A stretch of DNA of 64,000 bases from the human T2T-CHM13v2.0 reference genome, Homo sapiens. The stretch lies in NCBI RefSeq assembly GCF_009914755.1, contig NC_060928.1. One strand, given 5' to 3'. The translations under genes were made by a program, and so were the position numbers. The notes below the pieces were generated by a model. The model was given only the letters and a program-made list of their open reading frames with translations, was not told the origin of the DNA and did no database searches. This document shows positions 25,118-39,891 of the stretch, one piece after another (position 1 is the first letter of the stretch; every line of letters begins with the position of its first letter).

Positions 25118-28100
25118 TTTGTTTTTAAGTTTTATTTTAGATCCGGGGTACATGTGAAGGTTTCTTATATAGGTAAATTTCATGTCATAGGGGTTTGGCG
25201 TACAGATTATTTTGACACCCAGCTAACAAACATAATATCTGACAAAGAGTTTTTCAATTCTCACCCTACTTTCATCCTCCACCCTCAAGTATACATACCC
25301 TGGTGTCTATTTTTCCCTTCTTTGTGTCTCTACGTGTACTCAGTGTTCAGCTCCCACTCATAAGTAAGCATATGCGGTATGTGGTTTTCTGTTCCTGCAA
25401 TAGTTCTCTTAGGATAATGGCATCCACCTCCATTCATGTTGCTGCAAAGGACATGATCTCACTCTTTTCTATGGCTGTGTAGTATTCCATGGTGTATATG
25501 TACATTTTCTTTATCAAGTCTACCACTGATGAGCATTTAGGTTGATTCCATGTCTTTGCTATTGTGAATAGTGCTGTGATGAACGTGTGTGTGCATGTCT
25601 TTATGATGGAATAATTTACATTTCTGTGTTTATATACCCAACGATGGTATTGCTGGGTCAAATGGTAGTTCTATTTTAAGTTGTTTGAGAAATCACCAAA
25701 CTGCTTTCTACAATTGCTGAACTAATTTACATTACCACCAGCAGTGTATAAGCGTTCCCTTTTCTCTGCAACCATGCCAGCAGCTGCTTTTTTACTTTTT
25801 AATAATAGCTATTCTTACTAGGGTGAGATCTCATTGTGATTTTGATTTGTACTTCTCTAATGATTAGTGATGTTTTCATATGCTTGTTGGCTCCATGTAC
25901 GTCTTCTTTTGAAAATTGTCTGTTCATGTCTTTTGCTCACTTTCTAATGGGGTTATTTTTTTCTTGTTAATTTGTTTAATTTCCTTATAGATTCTGGATA
26001 TTAGACCTTTGTTGGATGAATGGCTTGTGAATATTTTCTCCCATTGTGTAGGCTGTCTGTTTACTCTGTTGATAGTTTCTTTTGCTGTGTAGAAGCTCTT
26101 TAGTTTAATTAGGTCCCACTAGTCAATTTTTATTTTTTTGTAATTGCTATTGGCATCTTTGTCATGAAATATTTGCTGGGTCCTACATCCAGGATATTAT
26201 TTTCTGTGTTGTATTTTAGGGTTCATCAGGAATATTGGCCTGAGGTTTTTTTGTTGTTGTGTCTCTGCCAGGATTTGGTATCAGAATGATGCTGGCCTCA
26301 CAGGCTGAGTTAAAGAGGAGTCCCTCCTCCTCAATTTTTTGGAATAGTTTCAATAGGCATAGTACTAGGTCTTCTTTATGCAACTGGTAGAATTCAGCTG
26401 TGAATCTTTCTGATTTTGAGCTTTTTCTAGTTGGTAGGCTTTTTATTACTGATTCAATTTTAGAACTTTTAATTGGTTTGTTCAGGGTTTCGATTTCTTT
26501 CAGTTTGGTTCAATCTGAAGCGGTTGCATGTTTCTAGGAATTTTTTCATTTGTTCTACATTTTCTTTTCTTGTTTGTGTGCATAGAGGTGTTCATAATAG
26601 TCTCTGAGGGTTTTTCTGTATTCCTACGTGGTCAATGGTAGTTTTCTGTTTGTCATTTCTGATTGTATTTATCTGGATCTTCTCTTTTATTTCTTTATTA
26701 GTACAGCTAACAATCTACCAATCTTATTTATTCTTTCTAAGAAACTTTTCCTCAATTCATTGATTTTCTGTATGTTTTTTGCATCTCTATTTCATTCAGT
26801 TCATTGCTGATTTTGGTTATTTCTTGTCTTCTGCTGGCATTGTCATTGGTTTGCTCTTGTTTTTCAAGTTCCTTTAGGTGTGATGTTAGGGTGTTAATTT
26901 GAGATCTTTCTAACTTTTTGATGTGAGTGTTTCACACTATAAATTTCCTCTTAATACTGCTTTAGCTGTGTCCCAGAGATTCTGGTATGTTGTATCTTTG
27001 TTTTCATTAGTTTCAAATAATTTCTTGCTTTCTGCCTTAATTTCATTGTTTACTCAAATGTCAATAAGGAGCAAATTGTTTAATTTTTATTTAATTGTAA
27101 GGTTTTGAGAAATATTCTTGGTATTGATTTCTATTTTTATTGCACTGTGGTCTGACAGGATAGTTGGTATGATTTTGATTTTCTTGAAGTTGTTGAGAGT
27201 TGTTTTATGACCAGTTGTGTTGTCAATTTTAGAGTATGTGACATGTGCAGATGAAAAGAATGTATATTCTCTTGGTTTGGAGTGGAGAGCTCTGTAGATG
27301 TCTGTTAGGTCCATTTGGTCAACTGTTGAGTTCAGGTCCCAAATATCTTTGTTAGTATTCTGCATTGATGAGCTGTCTAATACTGTTAATAGAATGTTGA
27401 AGTCTCCTACTGTTATGCTGTGGTTATTTAAGTATCTCTGTAGGTCTCTAAGGACTTGTTTTGCAAATCTGGATGCTTCTGTGTTGGGTGCCTATATATT
27501 TATGAAAATTAGGTCTTTTTGTTGAATTGAACCATTTTTCATCATATAATGCCCTTCTTCGCCTTTTTTGATCATTGTTTTTTTAAAGTCTGTTTTGTGT
27601 GAAATTAGAATAACAACCCTTATCTTTTCTATTCTCCATTTGCTTGGTGGATTTTTCTCCATTGCTTTACTTTGAGCATATGATTGTCCTTGCATGTGAG
27701 TTGGATTTCTGGAAGACAGTGAAGAATTTGGGTCTCTATTCAACTTACCACTCTGTGCCTTTTAATTGGGGTAATTTAACTCACTTACATTCAAGGTTAG
27801 TATTGATATATGTGGTTTTGAACCTGTCATCATGTTATTAACTGGTTATTATGCAGACGTGATGGTGTAGTTGCTTTATAGTGTCAGTGGTCTTTGTAGT
27901 TAGTTGTGTTTTTGTGGTGGCTGGTAATAGTTATTCATTTCCATACTTAACTACAACCTTGAAGTCTTCCTGTAAGGTAGGTATAGTGGTAGCGAACTCT
28001 CTTAACATTATTTTGACTGAAAAAGATCTTATTTCTCCTTTGCTTATGAAGCTTAATTTGGCTGAATATGAAAAAGCTTAATTTGGCTGGATATGAAATT

Positions 28101-30088
28101 CTTGTAAATTATTTATTTATTTATTTAAGGATGCTGAATACAGGCCTGTAATCTCTTCTGGCTTGCAGAGTTTCTGCTGAAAGGTCCACTGTTAGCCCTA
28201 TGGGGTTCCCTTTGCAGGTGACCTGCTGCTTCTGTCTAGCTGCCTTTAATATTTTTACTTTCATGTCAACCTTGGAGAATTTGCTAACTGTGTGTCTTAG
28301 GGGTGGTTATCTTGTATAGTATCTCACAGGGGTTCCTTGCATTTCCTGAATTTGAATGTTGGTCTCTCTAGCAAGGTCGGGGTGATTTTCATTAATGATA
28401 TTCTCAAATATGTTTTCCAAGTTGCTTGCTTTCTCTCTCTCTCTTTCATGGATGCCAGTGAGTTGTAGATTTGGGCTCTTTATGTAATCTCATATTTCTC
28501 AGAGATTTTATTATTCTTTTCTATTTTTTTTTTTTTTTTGCTTTATTTCTTTCTGACTGAGTTTATTTGGAGAACCAGTCTTCAGGCTCTGAGATTCTTT
28601 CCTCAGCTTGGTCAATTTTGCTGTTAATAATTTTGATTGCATTAGGATATTTTTGTAGTGAGCTTTTAAGCTCCATCGGATCACTTTGGTTCTTTCTTAA
28701 AATGGTCATTTCATCTTTCAGCTCCTGTATCATTTTATTGTACTCCTTAGATTCCTTAGATTGGGTTTCTACTTTGGTGATCTTTATTCCTATCCATATT
28801 CTGAATTCTATGTCTGTTGTTTCAGCCATTTTGGCCTGGTTAAGAACCATTGCTGGGATCTAATGCAGTCATTTGGAGGTAAGAAGATACTCTGGCTTTT
28901 TGAGTTGCCAGAGTTCTTGCACTGTCTCTTTCTCATCTGTGTCAGCTGATATTCCTTTAATCTTTGAAGTTGCTGTCCTTTGGATGGGTTTTTTTTTTTT
29001 AATTTTTCATTGATAAACTTAGGGGTTTAATTGTGGCCTAAAGTGGTCTCAGTCAGCTGGTTCATTTTGGAAGGTTTTAGGGGGACACAGCTCAGCTTAG
29101 CACTCCTGGGCTACGTGTTCCGTCTCTGGGGTGTTGGTACTGAGCCCCCAGGTTTATTCTTCGGCCCTTTGAAGTTAGGAACCTGTTCTTCAGGAGGGGT
29201 TGCACCACTAGCAGTGGTGGGACAGAGGGCTGCACACGCACACATATGCTGTTTGGGAGGGGAGTCAAGGTCCGTCACATGCATGTGCTGGCAAAACAGT
29301 GGTGGGAGGCACTGTGGTTGAAGGCATCACGGGAAAGCAGCAGTAGGAGGCTGTGGTGGGGGAAGAAGCAAGTGGGCTGGGGCATGTTAGTGTGGGCTGG
29401 TATATAGGAGTTCTCTGATGATCATGCATGTCCACTGGCAAAGGAGATATTTTGAAGTTCCCCAGTAAGCACCCTATTTGACATCTGAGTCTGTGATGCA
29501 AGTGGGCACAGCCAGGTTAGGGTATCAGGAAAGTACAGCAGACAGGGATCTTTCAGATCAGACTGTCCCCATCCCATGGACAAGAATGCCCTGCTCTATC
29601 CAGGTGTGACAGTCACCTAATAGGTAAAGCTTCCTAGAGGAGCAAGGCCAGCCTTGGAGAATGGGCCTGCATGGCTGTGCTCACTGTAGTCATTCCTGCA
29701 TCAAATCCTCTGGGCTTCACACAAGCCAGAGTCCTTCCTCTGCCACCTTTTTAAGCAACTCTACTTATCAGCTCAAGCGTCCATGGGAGTCTCCCACTGC
29801 TAAGATTCTTGAGGTTCCTGTTGAGAGTGGGCCACTTCTCACCTGTTAAACTCACTCCTTCCCCAGGAGTTGCTGGAGGCCAAGAATGAGTCTTGGTGCT
29901 CCACAGCCCTGTACAGCATTCCCAGCTTCCCCTCCCTTCAGCCCAGCATTTGTATCCTCCTTCTATCCATTTACAATGTCTTCCCTTCAAAATTTGCTCA
30001 GAATATTCCTGTCTTCCCAATGTCCCAGTCTTTCTGTGGGGGTTATTCCTCCTGGCTGTGTTTAATCAGCCATCTTGGCTCACGTCTC
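25118..30088 (-). mobile_element. Near full-length L1PA (about PA13-PA15), inactive, internal deletion in ORF2
   Basis: 3'UTR at 25.1-25.4 kb; ORF2 C-terminal (25434-25661) and endonuclease fragments (27087-27743); ORF1 fragment (28563-28850); GC-richer 5'UTR ending in the rc of GAGCCAAGATGGCTG; degenerate TSD at 25102 and 30091. Confidence 0.93.
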
Positions 30089-32351
30089 TGAACTGGGGAG
30101 TTTGTATTCAGAATTAGAGAGTTAGAACTTTCTAGGTGAGCTTTATTTTAACAGAAAATAAAGCAATTTTTTAATCTGCATTTTCTCCAGGCAACAAAAG
30201 ATTCTTGATTTAGGATACAACTCAAGGCTAAACCGAAATCTAGGTATGACATGGCTTCAGAATAAAGATCAAATATGTGATAAGCCTATAACACTCAGTT
30301 AAAACCTCAGAAAGAAATATAGTCATGTGATCTAATAAAACCTTTAAGTTAGAAAAGTGTGATACAAAGCTAAAGGTAAAATACACATTGGTAACATAAT
30401 ATGCCCTAATAACCAGTAATTAAACATAGAAATTGGAGAATGTCTTAAATATGATTGGGGGTGTGTGTGGCTTCTAACAGAGGGAGTTGCTATAGATGGG
30501 AATCAAATACATAGTAAGTCCACAAAATGAGAAAGTAGTATAAAATTGCAGGAAACTCAGATTATCCATAAAAAGACTTCTAGCTCACCAACTTTCCCAA
30601 GACAGAAAATAAACAATGAAATTTGATCAGCTGCCAAAAATGCTATGTACCCCAATGCCCTTTTCTGAAATGGTCAGGTTAAATTGTAGAAGAAGAAGGT
30701 GGTACCACCACGTGGAACCAACAGCTGTGCAAACTATGAACTGGGGAACCACTCCCGGTGAGCAGAACCAGGACCCATTCAAATAAAAATCTACTTGACA
30801 AGAAAATCTTTACTACATGATCTATCCTCAAAGGAAAATTCAAGCCATCAGTAAAACACTCTGACAAAATAATTGCAATAATCCTAAGAGGCTCATGTCA
30901 TAAGTGTTATCCTGACAGTAATATCTCTGGAATATATTCCTGATAGGAAAACTTCATTTTATTATCTTTGAAAAGAATTATCCAGAACCTTTTCCTCCCA
31001 CGAAAATAGGTATTATTCCTCCCACAAAAACATTTCCATTTCAGTGCCCTGAAAGAAGCACCACTTTTAACCTGGAATAGAAAGAACATGAATGAAGGAT
31101 GGCTTGTCCCTCTGCTGGAGACATTTTCCATATTTGCCTAAAAAAAAATTCAAATCAAACCACAAACTCAGCTTGACATTTTGTAATATTATTGTTATAT
31201 TAAAATATGAAATAAGCACACAAAATGAAAACTATATATATCTACCACTTTCAAGAGCTCAATCTGGTTTTGTATGGTAACATTCTAGATTTATGGCCAT
31301 ATTTTACAAATATCATGTTTTGACAAGGAGGAGATTCATAATGCAAAGGGGGCTAGGTGGAGGCAGGCATACAATTTTCATTTGCTACTGGGAGTTTCAT
31401 ATGTACTGTCAAACACTCTTCTGTATAAATGCTAACATTATGTAATATTGTGACATAGCCCACGATCAGAAGTCAATTAGACATGATTCTAATTCCAGCT
31501 AAGCCTCATAATAACTGTGTGATTTTTGAAAAGTTAGCTAAGAGATATGAATTAAATTTGTAAATTGAGTATAAGCAAACCCTTTCCCAAGAATTGATGA
31601 AAAATATCTAGAAATCACGTATGTATAGTTCTGATCAAAAGCCTGATATTTAGTAGTACTTCTCAAAAAGTAGACACATTGTCATTTCCCTTAATATAGA
31701 TTTATAAAATTAATGTGGAATCATATAAGAGAGCATGATGTGACATCTCTCAGACTCCCAAACTAATCCAACAGGAAATTTAAAAATAATGGCAAAACTT
31801 CAGATGGCAGTGAAGAAAATTAAGTATTCTTTAATTTTTGTAGAGTATTTGGGCAGAATAACAAAAACATAAACTAATCATATTCTATCTCATGTACCCA
31901 AATAGTATTTAGCTAAGAGAAAAATTTTGAAACATCATAGGTTTCTGTTTTATTTTTGGGTTGATAGTTAGGGATAGTACTTCCCCAAAATCTAATAGGG
32001 CAAATAAATAACAGAAATTTCTTTTACAAGCAATGAGACCAGTGGTTTCTCTCCCAAACACATTGACCCTGTTTTCTATTCTTTATAAGTTTTGAACAAT
32101 ATAGCCTCATTCAAAGGATATATTGATTTTAATTTTAAATAAAATTAAACTAGTAAAAAGTGACCTAAATTTTTTAAGGGAAAATATTTTACTTATAGTG
32201 ACATAAAAAATCAAGAATAGATCTATGTACTTTCAATAATATGAGAAACATATCTTCTCTAAATCAGAATAGGCTGAAATAAAGACTAAGATTAAAACAA
32301 AATTCGTTGAAGTGAGCAAATAATTCAACAGAACTCAATATCTGATTAAAA

Positions 32352-32555
32352 CAGGAGTTTGTAACCTCAGCACTATTGACAGTTCAATCCTGATAATCAT
32401 TTTGGGGGTTTGCACAGTAAGGTGTAGAATGATTTGCAGTGTCTTCTCTTTGCTAGATGTCAGTAGCATTCCTCAATTGTGAAAGGTAAGGAAATCTCCA
32501 GGAACTACCAAATACTGTTTGAGGGGGCAAAATTTCCTCTACTTGAGAACCATTG
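32352..32555 (+). mobile_element. MER20 hAT-Charlie DNA transposon
   Basis: AACCTCAGCACTATTGACA...CTAGATGTCAGTAGCA...GGGGGCAAAAT...TTGAGAACCATTG. Confidence 0.85.
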
Positions 32556-32603
32556 AGGTAGAGGAATTGAAGAACAAAATGGACATTGCAGAAAACTGAA
32601 TAC

Positions 32604-32790
32604 ATATATATAATATATATTATATTATATATAATTATAATATATTATATATTATATGTATTATATTATATATAATTATAATACATTATAATTATATATT
32701 AAATATTATACATATTATATAATATATTATTATATTATATATTATATTATATATTAGATATTATTATATATTATTAGCATATATATATAT
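32604..32790. repeat. AT-only low-complexity (TATAT/TAATA)n tract
   Basis: About 185 nt almost exclusively A/T. Confidence 0.9.
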
Positions 32791-35700
32791 GAAAGGCAAC
32801 ATTATGAAGTTGGAAACAGAAGTCAAGGCAAAGGAAGAAGATATTATAATAATAATCTACAATTTAGTAAGTCTGATGCAAAGTATACATATTCCAAGTC
32901 AAAGGAATAATCAAGAGAAAGTGGAATAAACTGTTCATTTCAAAATTATCTAAATTCATGTAAAAAAATGGCCTGTTACATGTCCAATAAAATCAATTAT
33001 AAAAGTCATAGTTAAATGTATTCTTAAGAACTGTACCAGAATCCAGACAGGAATAAAGAAGTACAGAAGATAAATCTCAATATGTATTTCTAATGAAAAT
33101 AGATATTAACATTTTAGAAATAACACTATTAAAAGGAAAATGTCATGATATTAAGTAGGAACATTCTAATTATATTCTAGTGACAAATGATAATTCTAGC
33201 AAATTGAAAAAGAGAATTTAAACTCAAAGCAGAGAAAAAGGCAACTGCTCCCACCAAATTAAAAAAAAAGGAGAGAGAGGCTGTTATGGCTCTGTTACTA
33301 TCAGAAAAATTAAAGGCAAAAAATACAAAGCAAAAAAATTATATAGCTGTTTTATTTGCATTAAAATATAATATGTGCTAAAGGTTTGGATTTCTGTATC
33401 AAAACACATAGCACCAGCCAACTTTAAATTTAAAAAAAATGTTTGCAATGCAAGGATCAGACAAAACAATAAATTTTGAAGAGGACTTTCATATACCACT
33501 ATCAGTCTATGACAAATCCACTAAAAAAACTAATTAAAGTTATAAAAACTGTACTACTTAGATATATTCAAACTTACTGATTTAAGCATTTAATTTTATG
33601 TTCCACAAACCTGAAAAGTAATCATGGAACAATTAAAAATAGGTTAGGTATACCAGCCTACAATGAAAATTTTAATGAAGTCTTAAAATAAAATTTTTTC
33701 TACCTAACTTAACACAATTCATGGAATAATGCTAAAAGTTTGTGTGGAAGTATTTTGTTTCCAGATAAGATATGGAATAATATATAGAATAATAAATTTC
33801 ATCAAAATAACAAGAAATCACAAGATATACCAAAAGTACATTTTTTAAGCCATCAGAGTTACAAACAGAAAGAAGTTTAAAAGATGAAACTGTACAGTGG
33901 TGAGTGGGGAGCAGAGGACACTCTCCTGTCAGTTGCTGAAGTTTGGGCAGGGATGGTGGACATGAAAGATGGACAGAAAAGGATTGTCTTTGCTCCTGTA
34001 ACCAGGAACCAGCAAAATATCAGATAACATTTTGGAACACACTTTCAAATTCAAAGCAAGAAGAACACTTTCATATTGGAAACACGAAGATTATCGGAAG
34101 ATTAGATATTTCTTTTCATAAAGTAATTAGGAACTGAGTAGGGCAAGACAGAAGAAAGAGCTCTTACAATCTCAGTCTCACAATTTCAAAATATCAAAAT
34201 ATCAATGTCTAACAGGTATATTTTATTACAGTCTCACAGAGTCACAGCTTCAAAATTCTCCCAAAGTCAGGTTTAGAATTGTCAAGGTGCAACATTCTTA
34301 GGGTCAATTCTCATGTCAGCAGGAGTATTTGATCATTCTATTGTTCCTCACAACCCTTTCTTATCTATTAAAGTCTCACAACTATTTCTTGCCTACTATC
34401 TGGCCTTTTGTAACATCACACTCATGTGAATTTTATCTTGAATTCAATAATCATTTCTATTCACTGCCTTTTGCTGACTTCTCATTCATCAGCAGATCTT
34501 AAATAATCCAAGAGCTTTTTCTTAGTCCTCTTTTCTTTCCTGTCCTCACTCTATTCCAGAACATTCTCAATCATTCCATCAGTAGCTTAGTTACTCATCA
34601 TTACATATCTACAACTCTTAGGTTTCTTTTTTTCAGGAAACTTTATGAATGATTCTAAAATTTATATGGAAAATCAAAGTCCCAAGTATAATTCATGTCA
34701 TGACTAAAATCTCATTTTAAACCAGGAAAAAAATGGTACAGAGATAATCAAATTGACCAATGAAATAGAACATGGAGACTAGAAACAGGCCTATGTGTAA
34801 AAGGAAATAAAAGAGTAAAGAAAATTCCATACATAGTGGAGCTGCATTGTAAGTAACTGGGAAATAAGACATTATTTAATACATAATGCTGGAACAACTG
34901 GTTATCCACATGAAACAAAAACAAATTGAATCCTTTCTACCACATATCACACATAAATATTAATTCTATATAGGTAAATAATGTAAATATAAAAGGGAAA
35001 ATATAACAGTTTTAGGATAAATCATATGAAAGAGGATGAATTGCCACTATATGCATTGATATGAAGCTCAGAAATATTTTTTTCAGTGAAAAAATTAGAT
35101 CGAAGAAGGTTCTATGCATTATCACTTTTGTAAAGTTCTGTCCCAAGCAAAAGTAAATAATACCTATAAAATAATAATGTCTATCAGGGAAAAAAGCAAG
35201 ATAAAATTAAATAATTTTTTAAAAAATGCTAAGTGCAATATTCAGGGTAGTCATTTTATCTGCAAGCTGGGTGGATAATGAGATATTTCAAGAGATGTAC
35301 ATATGCTTAGATTCATCATCATTAGTAATTTTCTATTTTTAAGTAGATGGTTATTTTTTCTACATCTCATGCTACTGCAACCATAGGAAGCATTCATATT
35401 ACATATATTCTTTGGTTTATGCAATATATTACAAAATAAATGAATGTTTAAAGCAAATTTTAAATAACACACCTAAAGATTACAGTAATAGCTAGAAATG
35501 TATACTTTTGTTCTGTCCTACTTAAGAATATACACACAAAATCCTTAAGTAAAACAGCAGATGTTAATTTTAGGACAGTTTTTTTTACCATAATTATATT
35601 TTTTTCTTTATTCTATTACTATGAGAATAAATGAACGTCATGGAAACTAGTGTATCTCTCTATCTGTGGCCTCAACTGGGCTCAGATGAATTCAACAAAA

Positions 35701-36007
35701 TAACTTCATTACTCATTTAAAAAATACAATAATATAACCTTAAAAGTACTACTCCAAGGAACCTTTTCTATCATGAAAGACACTTACTTTAGACTAATAA
35801 TCATTATTAAACTTAATAATAGAGTTCTAAAGATGTATTCTAAAAAGCTAGAAAAAAACAAGAGGAACTAATATCTACTATTACCATTTTAGGACATAAT
35901 TGTTTATTCAAAATATTTTAGACATAACTATTAGAAATGAGGGAAATCAATATTATTAGCATGTATATGTACGCCAATACACACATACACACATCCATAT
36001 ATATATG

Positions 36008-36306
36008 TTTGTTCCTCAGTATTGCAGGATGTTGGTTCCCGGACTCTTGCATGGATAACAGAATCTGGGGATACTTACATCCCTTATATTAAATGGTTTA
36101 GCATTTGCATATAACTTACATCCTCCTGTATACTTTAAATCATCTCTAGATTATTGTAATACTTAATACAATGTAAATGCTATTTAGTGCTTCTGCTGTA
36201 GTTTTATGTTTGTTCATTTTTATTATTGTATTGTTTCTTAATATATTTTCAATTTGCAGTTGGTTGAATCTGGGATACCAAACCTGCAGATATGGAGGGC
36301 CTGCTA
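36008..36306 (+). mobile_element. MER2 (Tigger family) DNA transposon
   Basis: GCATTTGCATATAAC...TCCTCCTGTATACTTTAAATCATCTCTAGATTA...GTTGGTTGAATC...GATATGGAGGGCC. Confidence 0.85.
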
Positions 36307-36980
36307 CATATATACAACCTAGAAAACTCGAGAAGTTCAATTTTACAAAATCATGCTTATGCTTGAGATTTACCATTTTCATGAGAAAAATTTAGTTTCA
36401 GGTAACACAAAAATTCTACTCAAACTCTAAAACACTTTGTATTGGAGAGCCTAGAGAAAAGTATGCTTAAAGGTTGATTTTTAATTCAAAGTCGTGATCA
36501 TGTCATTACAGACCCAGTTTTATTTTTCTTGCTAGACTTTATCTTCCATATTAGCTGCATCCAGAGTCTGGAGCTGTTCGTGTTCATAAAATGACTGCAC
36601 TATGTCCAGATGACTTCTGTAGTCCACATTAATCATGAGATTAGATAAAAAAAAATCAGTCCTAGAACTCATCACTGGTGCCATGCACATTCATAAATCA
36701 ATATCAGTTTTATGCAAAGTGCAATTTGTAAATTGATTACACCAATAAGGGGACACCTTTGGAGTTGTAGTCAGGGTCACATTAGCTGAAAAAACACAGA
36801 TTATGTGAGTGTGCCATTAGTGGATGGATGATCAATATATGAAATAAAGTTTCAGGGCTATTAATAAGCAAAATTAGGTGTTTATTTAGTAAGGACCTAA
36901 AAGATCCACGCAAATGTCTAATAAAAGGACACAATGAAACACAAATGATACATAAATACGTGTGGTTTAGCGCTATATCA

Positions 36981-37169
<189 letters not shown>

Positions 37170-37897
37170 TCATTTAAAAACACTTAGAGAAACAGTAACA
37201 AAAAACATAATTTCACTCAAGTAATGTTGATTAGATGTTTGAATTATAGGTATCTGAAAAGTATAAACTTTAGGATTAAGAAAATTAAGTGAAATTAGAA
37301 ATTAATCATGTTTTTGGTGTTTTTAAATGAAAAATCAAATACAGATAATCATTTCTTTCAACAATAGTACATGCTTCTGGTATTACCCCAAGGAAGACAT
37401 ACAAATATTTGTTCAATTTTTAAGTTGATTCTAAATGTATCTAGATGAAAAAACTAAAAAGAAAATTTAACTTCAGATTACAAAAGAAGATCATGGTAGT
37501 CATTATAAGTGATATATAACAGCCTTGTTAAAACAACACATTCATTATCACCAAAACATTGTGGAAAATCAATACATGAATTAATTATAGAGAATTGGCA
37601 GTCCATTATGGAATATTTCTATAATTAAGACATTAATATACACTGATATGACATTTTAGATTAACAAGGAAGTCAATTAGCAATGCTGGAAAAATTGATG
37701 TTCTAATTGAAAACAATGAAATTACATAGTCATTTGGCATTATAAACAAAAATAAATTTTAGAAGTTAAAAATTATTATCTTGTTAAAAATTAGCCATAA
37801 CACGTAAAGACAAATAAAGAGAGATGCCTCGGAAAGCTCATCTCCAAAGCAGAAAATATCTTCTAATATTAGTATCAATTGAAAAAATCATGAAGAC

Positions 37898-38045
37898 TTT
37901 GTTTTGTTTTTGTTTTTGTTTTTTAATAGAGACAGGGTTTCGCCGTGTTGCCCGGGCTGGTCTCAAACTCCTGAAATCAGGCTAACCACCTGCTTGGGGC
38001 CTCCCAAAGTTCTGGGATTACAGTCATGAGACCACAGTGCCCACA
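37898..38045 (-). mobile_element. Monomeric left-arm Alu (FLAM_C-like)
   Basis: Tail directly adjacent to AGAGACAGGGTTTCGCCGTGTTGCCC; TGAAG repeated on both flanks. Confidence 0.85.
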
Positions 38046-38321
38046 CTTGAAGTATTTTTAATACACTTAACCAAAAGCAAAGTGTCATTTATTTCAAATA
38101 CATATTGAATTATCATCTTTTCCTGAAGTTATGTACCTGTCCTTATTTGATTTTGGAGAGTTTGGAGGCTTTAATCAATGTATAAATAATAAAGATGAAA
38201 GAGAGGAAAATGATGCACTGTTAAATTCTGGTCATATTATACCAACAGGCATCGATCCAACAGTTTATTGGGAAATGAGAACAATACCAATTGAGAAAAA
38301 AGGATACATTCAGAATGATTC

Positions 38322-39072
38322 TGATAGGAACAGGAAGCAGGGAAATACTGGGTAGAAGAGAGCGGTTCTCCAGCAAAGGCCCCACCCTCAAGCCTGGAAA
38401 CCGTGGCCCTAAATGAGAAGAGTTATCCCCGTTTTCCCTCCCAAATGTTACTTTTTTGGCCGGCCCCACTCCCCTATCCTGTGCCCGTGTAAACCCCAGA
38501 CCTTAGCTGGCAGAGAGAAAAGCAGCTAAACGTCCAAAAGACAAGAAGCAATTGAGCGTCAGAGACTATGGATGGGCGTGGCTTAACTTCAGATGGCACC
38601 ACTTCTGGGAGGAGCCCGGCCTCAGATGGCCAGGATTCAGGGGAAGATCACCTTCTCCCGGCACCATCCCTTTTCCAGCTCTCCTTCCGCTGAGAGCCAC
38701 TTCCACCGCTTAATAAAATCCTCTGCATTCATCACCTTTCATACCGGTCATTCGACCTGATTCTTCCTGGATGCCAAACAAGAACCCGGGGACCAAGAGG
38801 GCAGGGTGTAAAAGGCTGTCATCCGGACTCTCCACTGATCTGTTTTAACACTTAGCGATACACGGAAGGCAACTGCTAAAAGAGCATTGATTGTAACACG
38901 CCTCTAGACGCTGCCATGGGACTGGAGCCCAAAAACACTCGCCCCAGTCAGGGCACCCGCTCACCTGCCTGCTCCCTCTCCCCAAAGGGTTTGAGCTTGG
39001 TGGTGGCCCAGTGAGCGAGCCACACCCCTGTCACAAGTCCTGCCAAGGGGTCATGGGAACTCTCATGTCTCA
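38322..39072 (+). mobile_element. LTR1-family ERV1 solo LTR
   Basis: TGATAGGAACAGGAAGCAGGGAAATACTGGGTAGAAGAG...GGCCCCACCCTCAAGCCTGGA; AATAAA at 38712; ends TCTCA; perfect 4-bp TSD ATTC. Confidence 0.88.
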
Positions 39073-39193
39073 ATTCCATCTAAATACAACTGTAAGCATA
39101 TGGATAGAAATAAGTAGCATATAAAAATTGGCGTCTAATTTCTGAGTAGTGAGCTTTTTTACTTCATAAAGTTGTTAAATATTGTAGGTTTTT

Positions 39194-39489
39194 GGGCAGA
39201 GGGGTGGCTCACACCTGTAATCCCAGAATTTTGGGAGGCCGAAGCAGGCAGATCACTTGAGGTCAGGAGTTTGAGACCAGCCTGGCCAACATGGTGAAAC
39301 CCCATCTCTACTAAAAAGACAAAAATTAGCTGGGCCTGGTGACACACACCTGTAATCTCAGTTCCTCAGGAGCCTGAGGCATGAGAATCGCCTGAACTCG
39401 GGAAGCAGAGGTTGCAGTGAGCTGAGATCATGCCACTGCACTTGGGCCTGGGAGACAGAACCAGACTCTGTCTCAATAAATAAATAAAA
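39194..39489 (+). mobile_element. AluS element
   Basis: Dimeric Alu with (TAAA)n tail. Confidence 0.94.
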
Positions 39490-39891
39490 GTGTAGATTTT
39501 TTAAAACTGTATTTAGATTAGGGAGGTAAATAGGGTTATTTCAATACATCAAATATATATATTAAATACTATGATATATATGAATGTTATCACATATATG
39601 TACTCTTTTAATAATTAAAAAATAAAAATAATGGGAAACACATAATTACATTTATTTTAGGAAAAAATGCATGTGTGGATAAATGATACATATGTAGACA
39701 TTAAGATATAATAATTTATTAACAGGAATTTTTGCTTGAACAAATCATGCAATCATACTACTGGTAAGACATTTGAATGCTACAAAGAGAATGAAATAAA
39801 AATATCCATTGCCCAGATGATAATACAATAAGAAATAAAATAAGATCCTGACATTTCAAATGAATATATTACTCAGAAATATCAAGCCAAA

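Noticed and set aside
28049-28098. 25-bp tandem duplication in L1 (similar small ones at 4722-4773 and 24055-24105)
   Set aside because: Ordinary slippage duplications with no further structure
25434-28850. L1 ORF1/ORF2 peptides as functional CDS
   Set aside because: Fragmented by stops and frameshifts, with the RT domain deleted; recorded as a mobile element
30665-30790. GC-richer unique patch that looks like a coding exon
   Set aside because: Frames close quickly, splice sites are mediocre and the peptide is unrecognised
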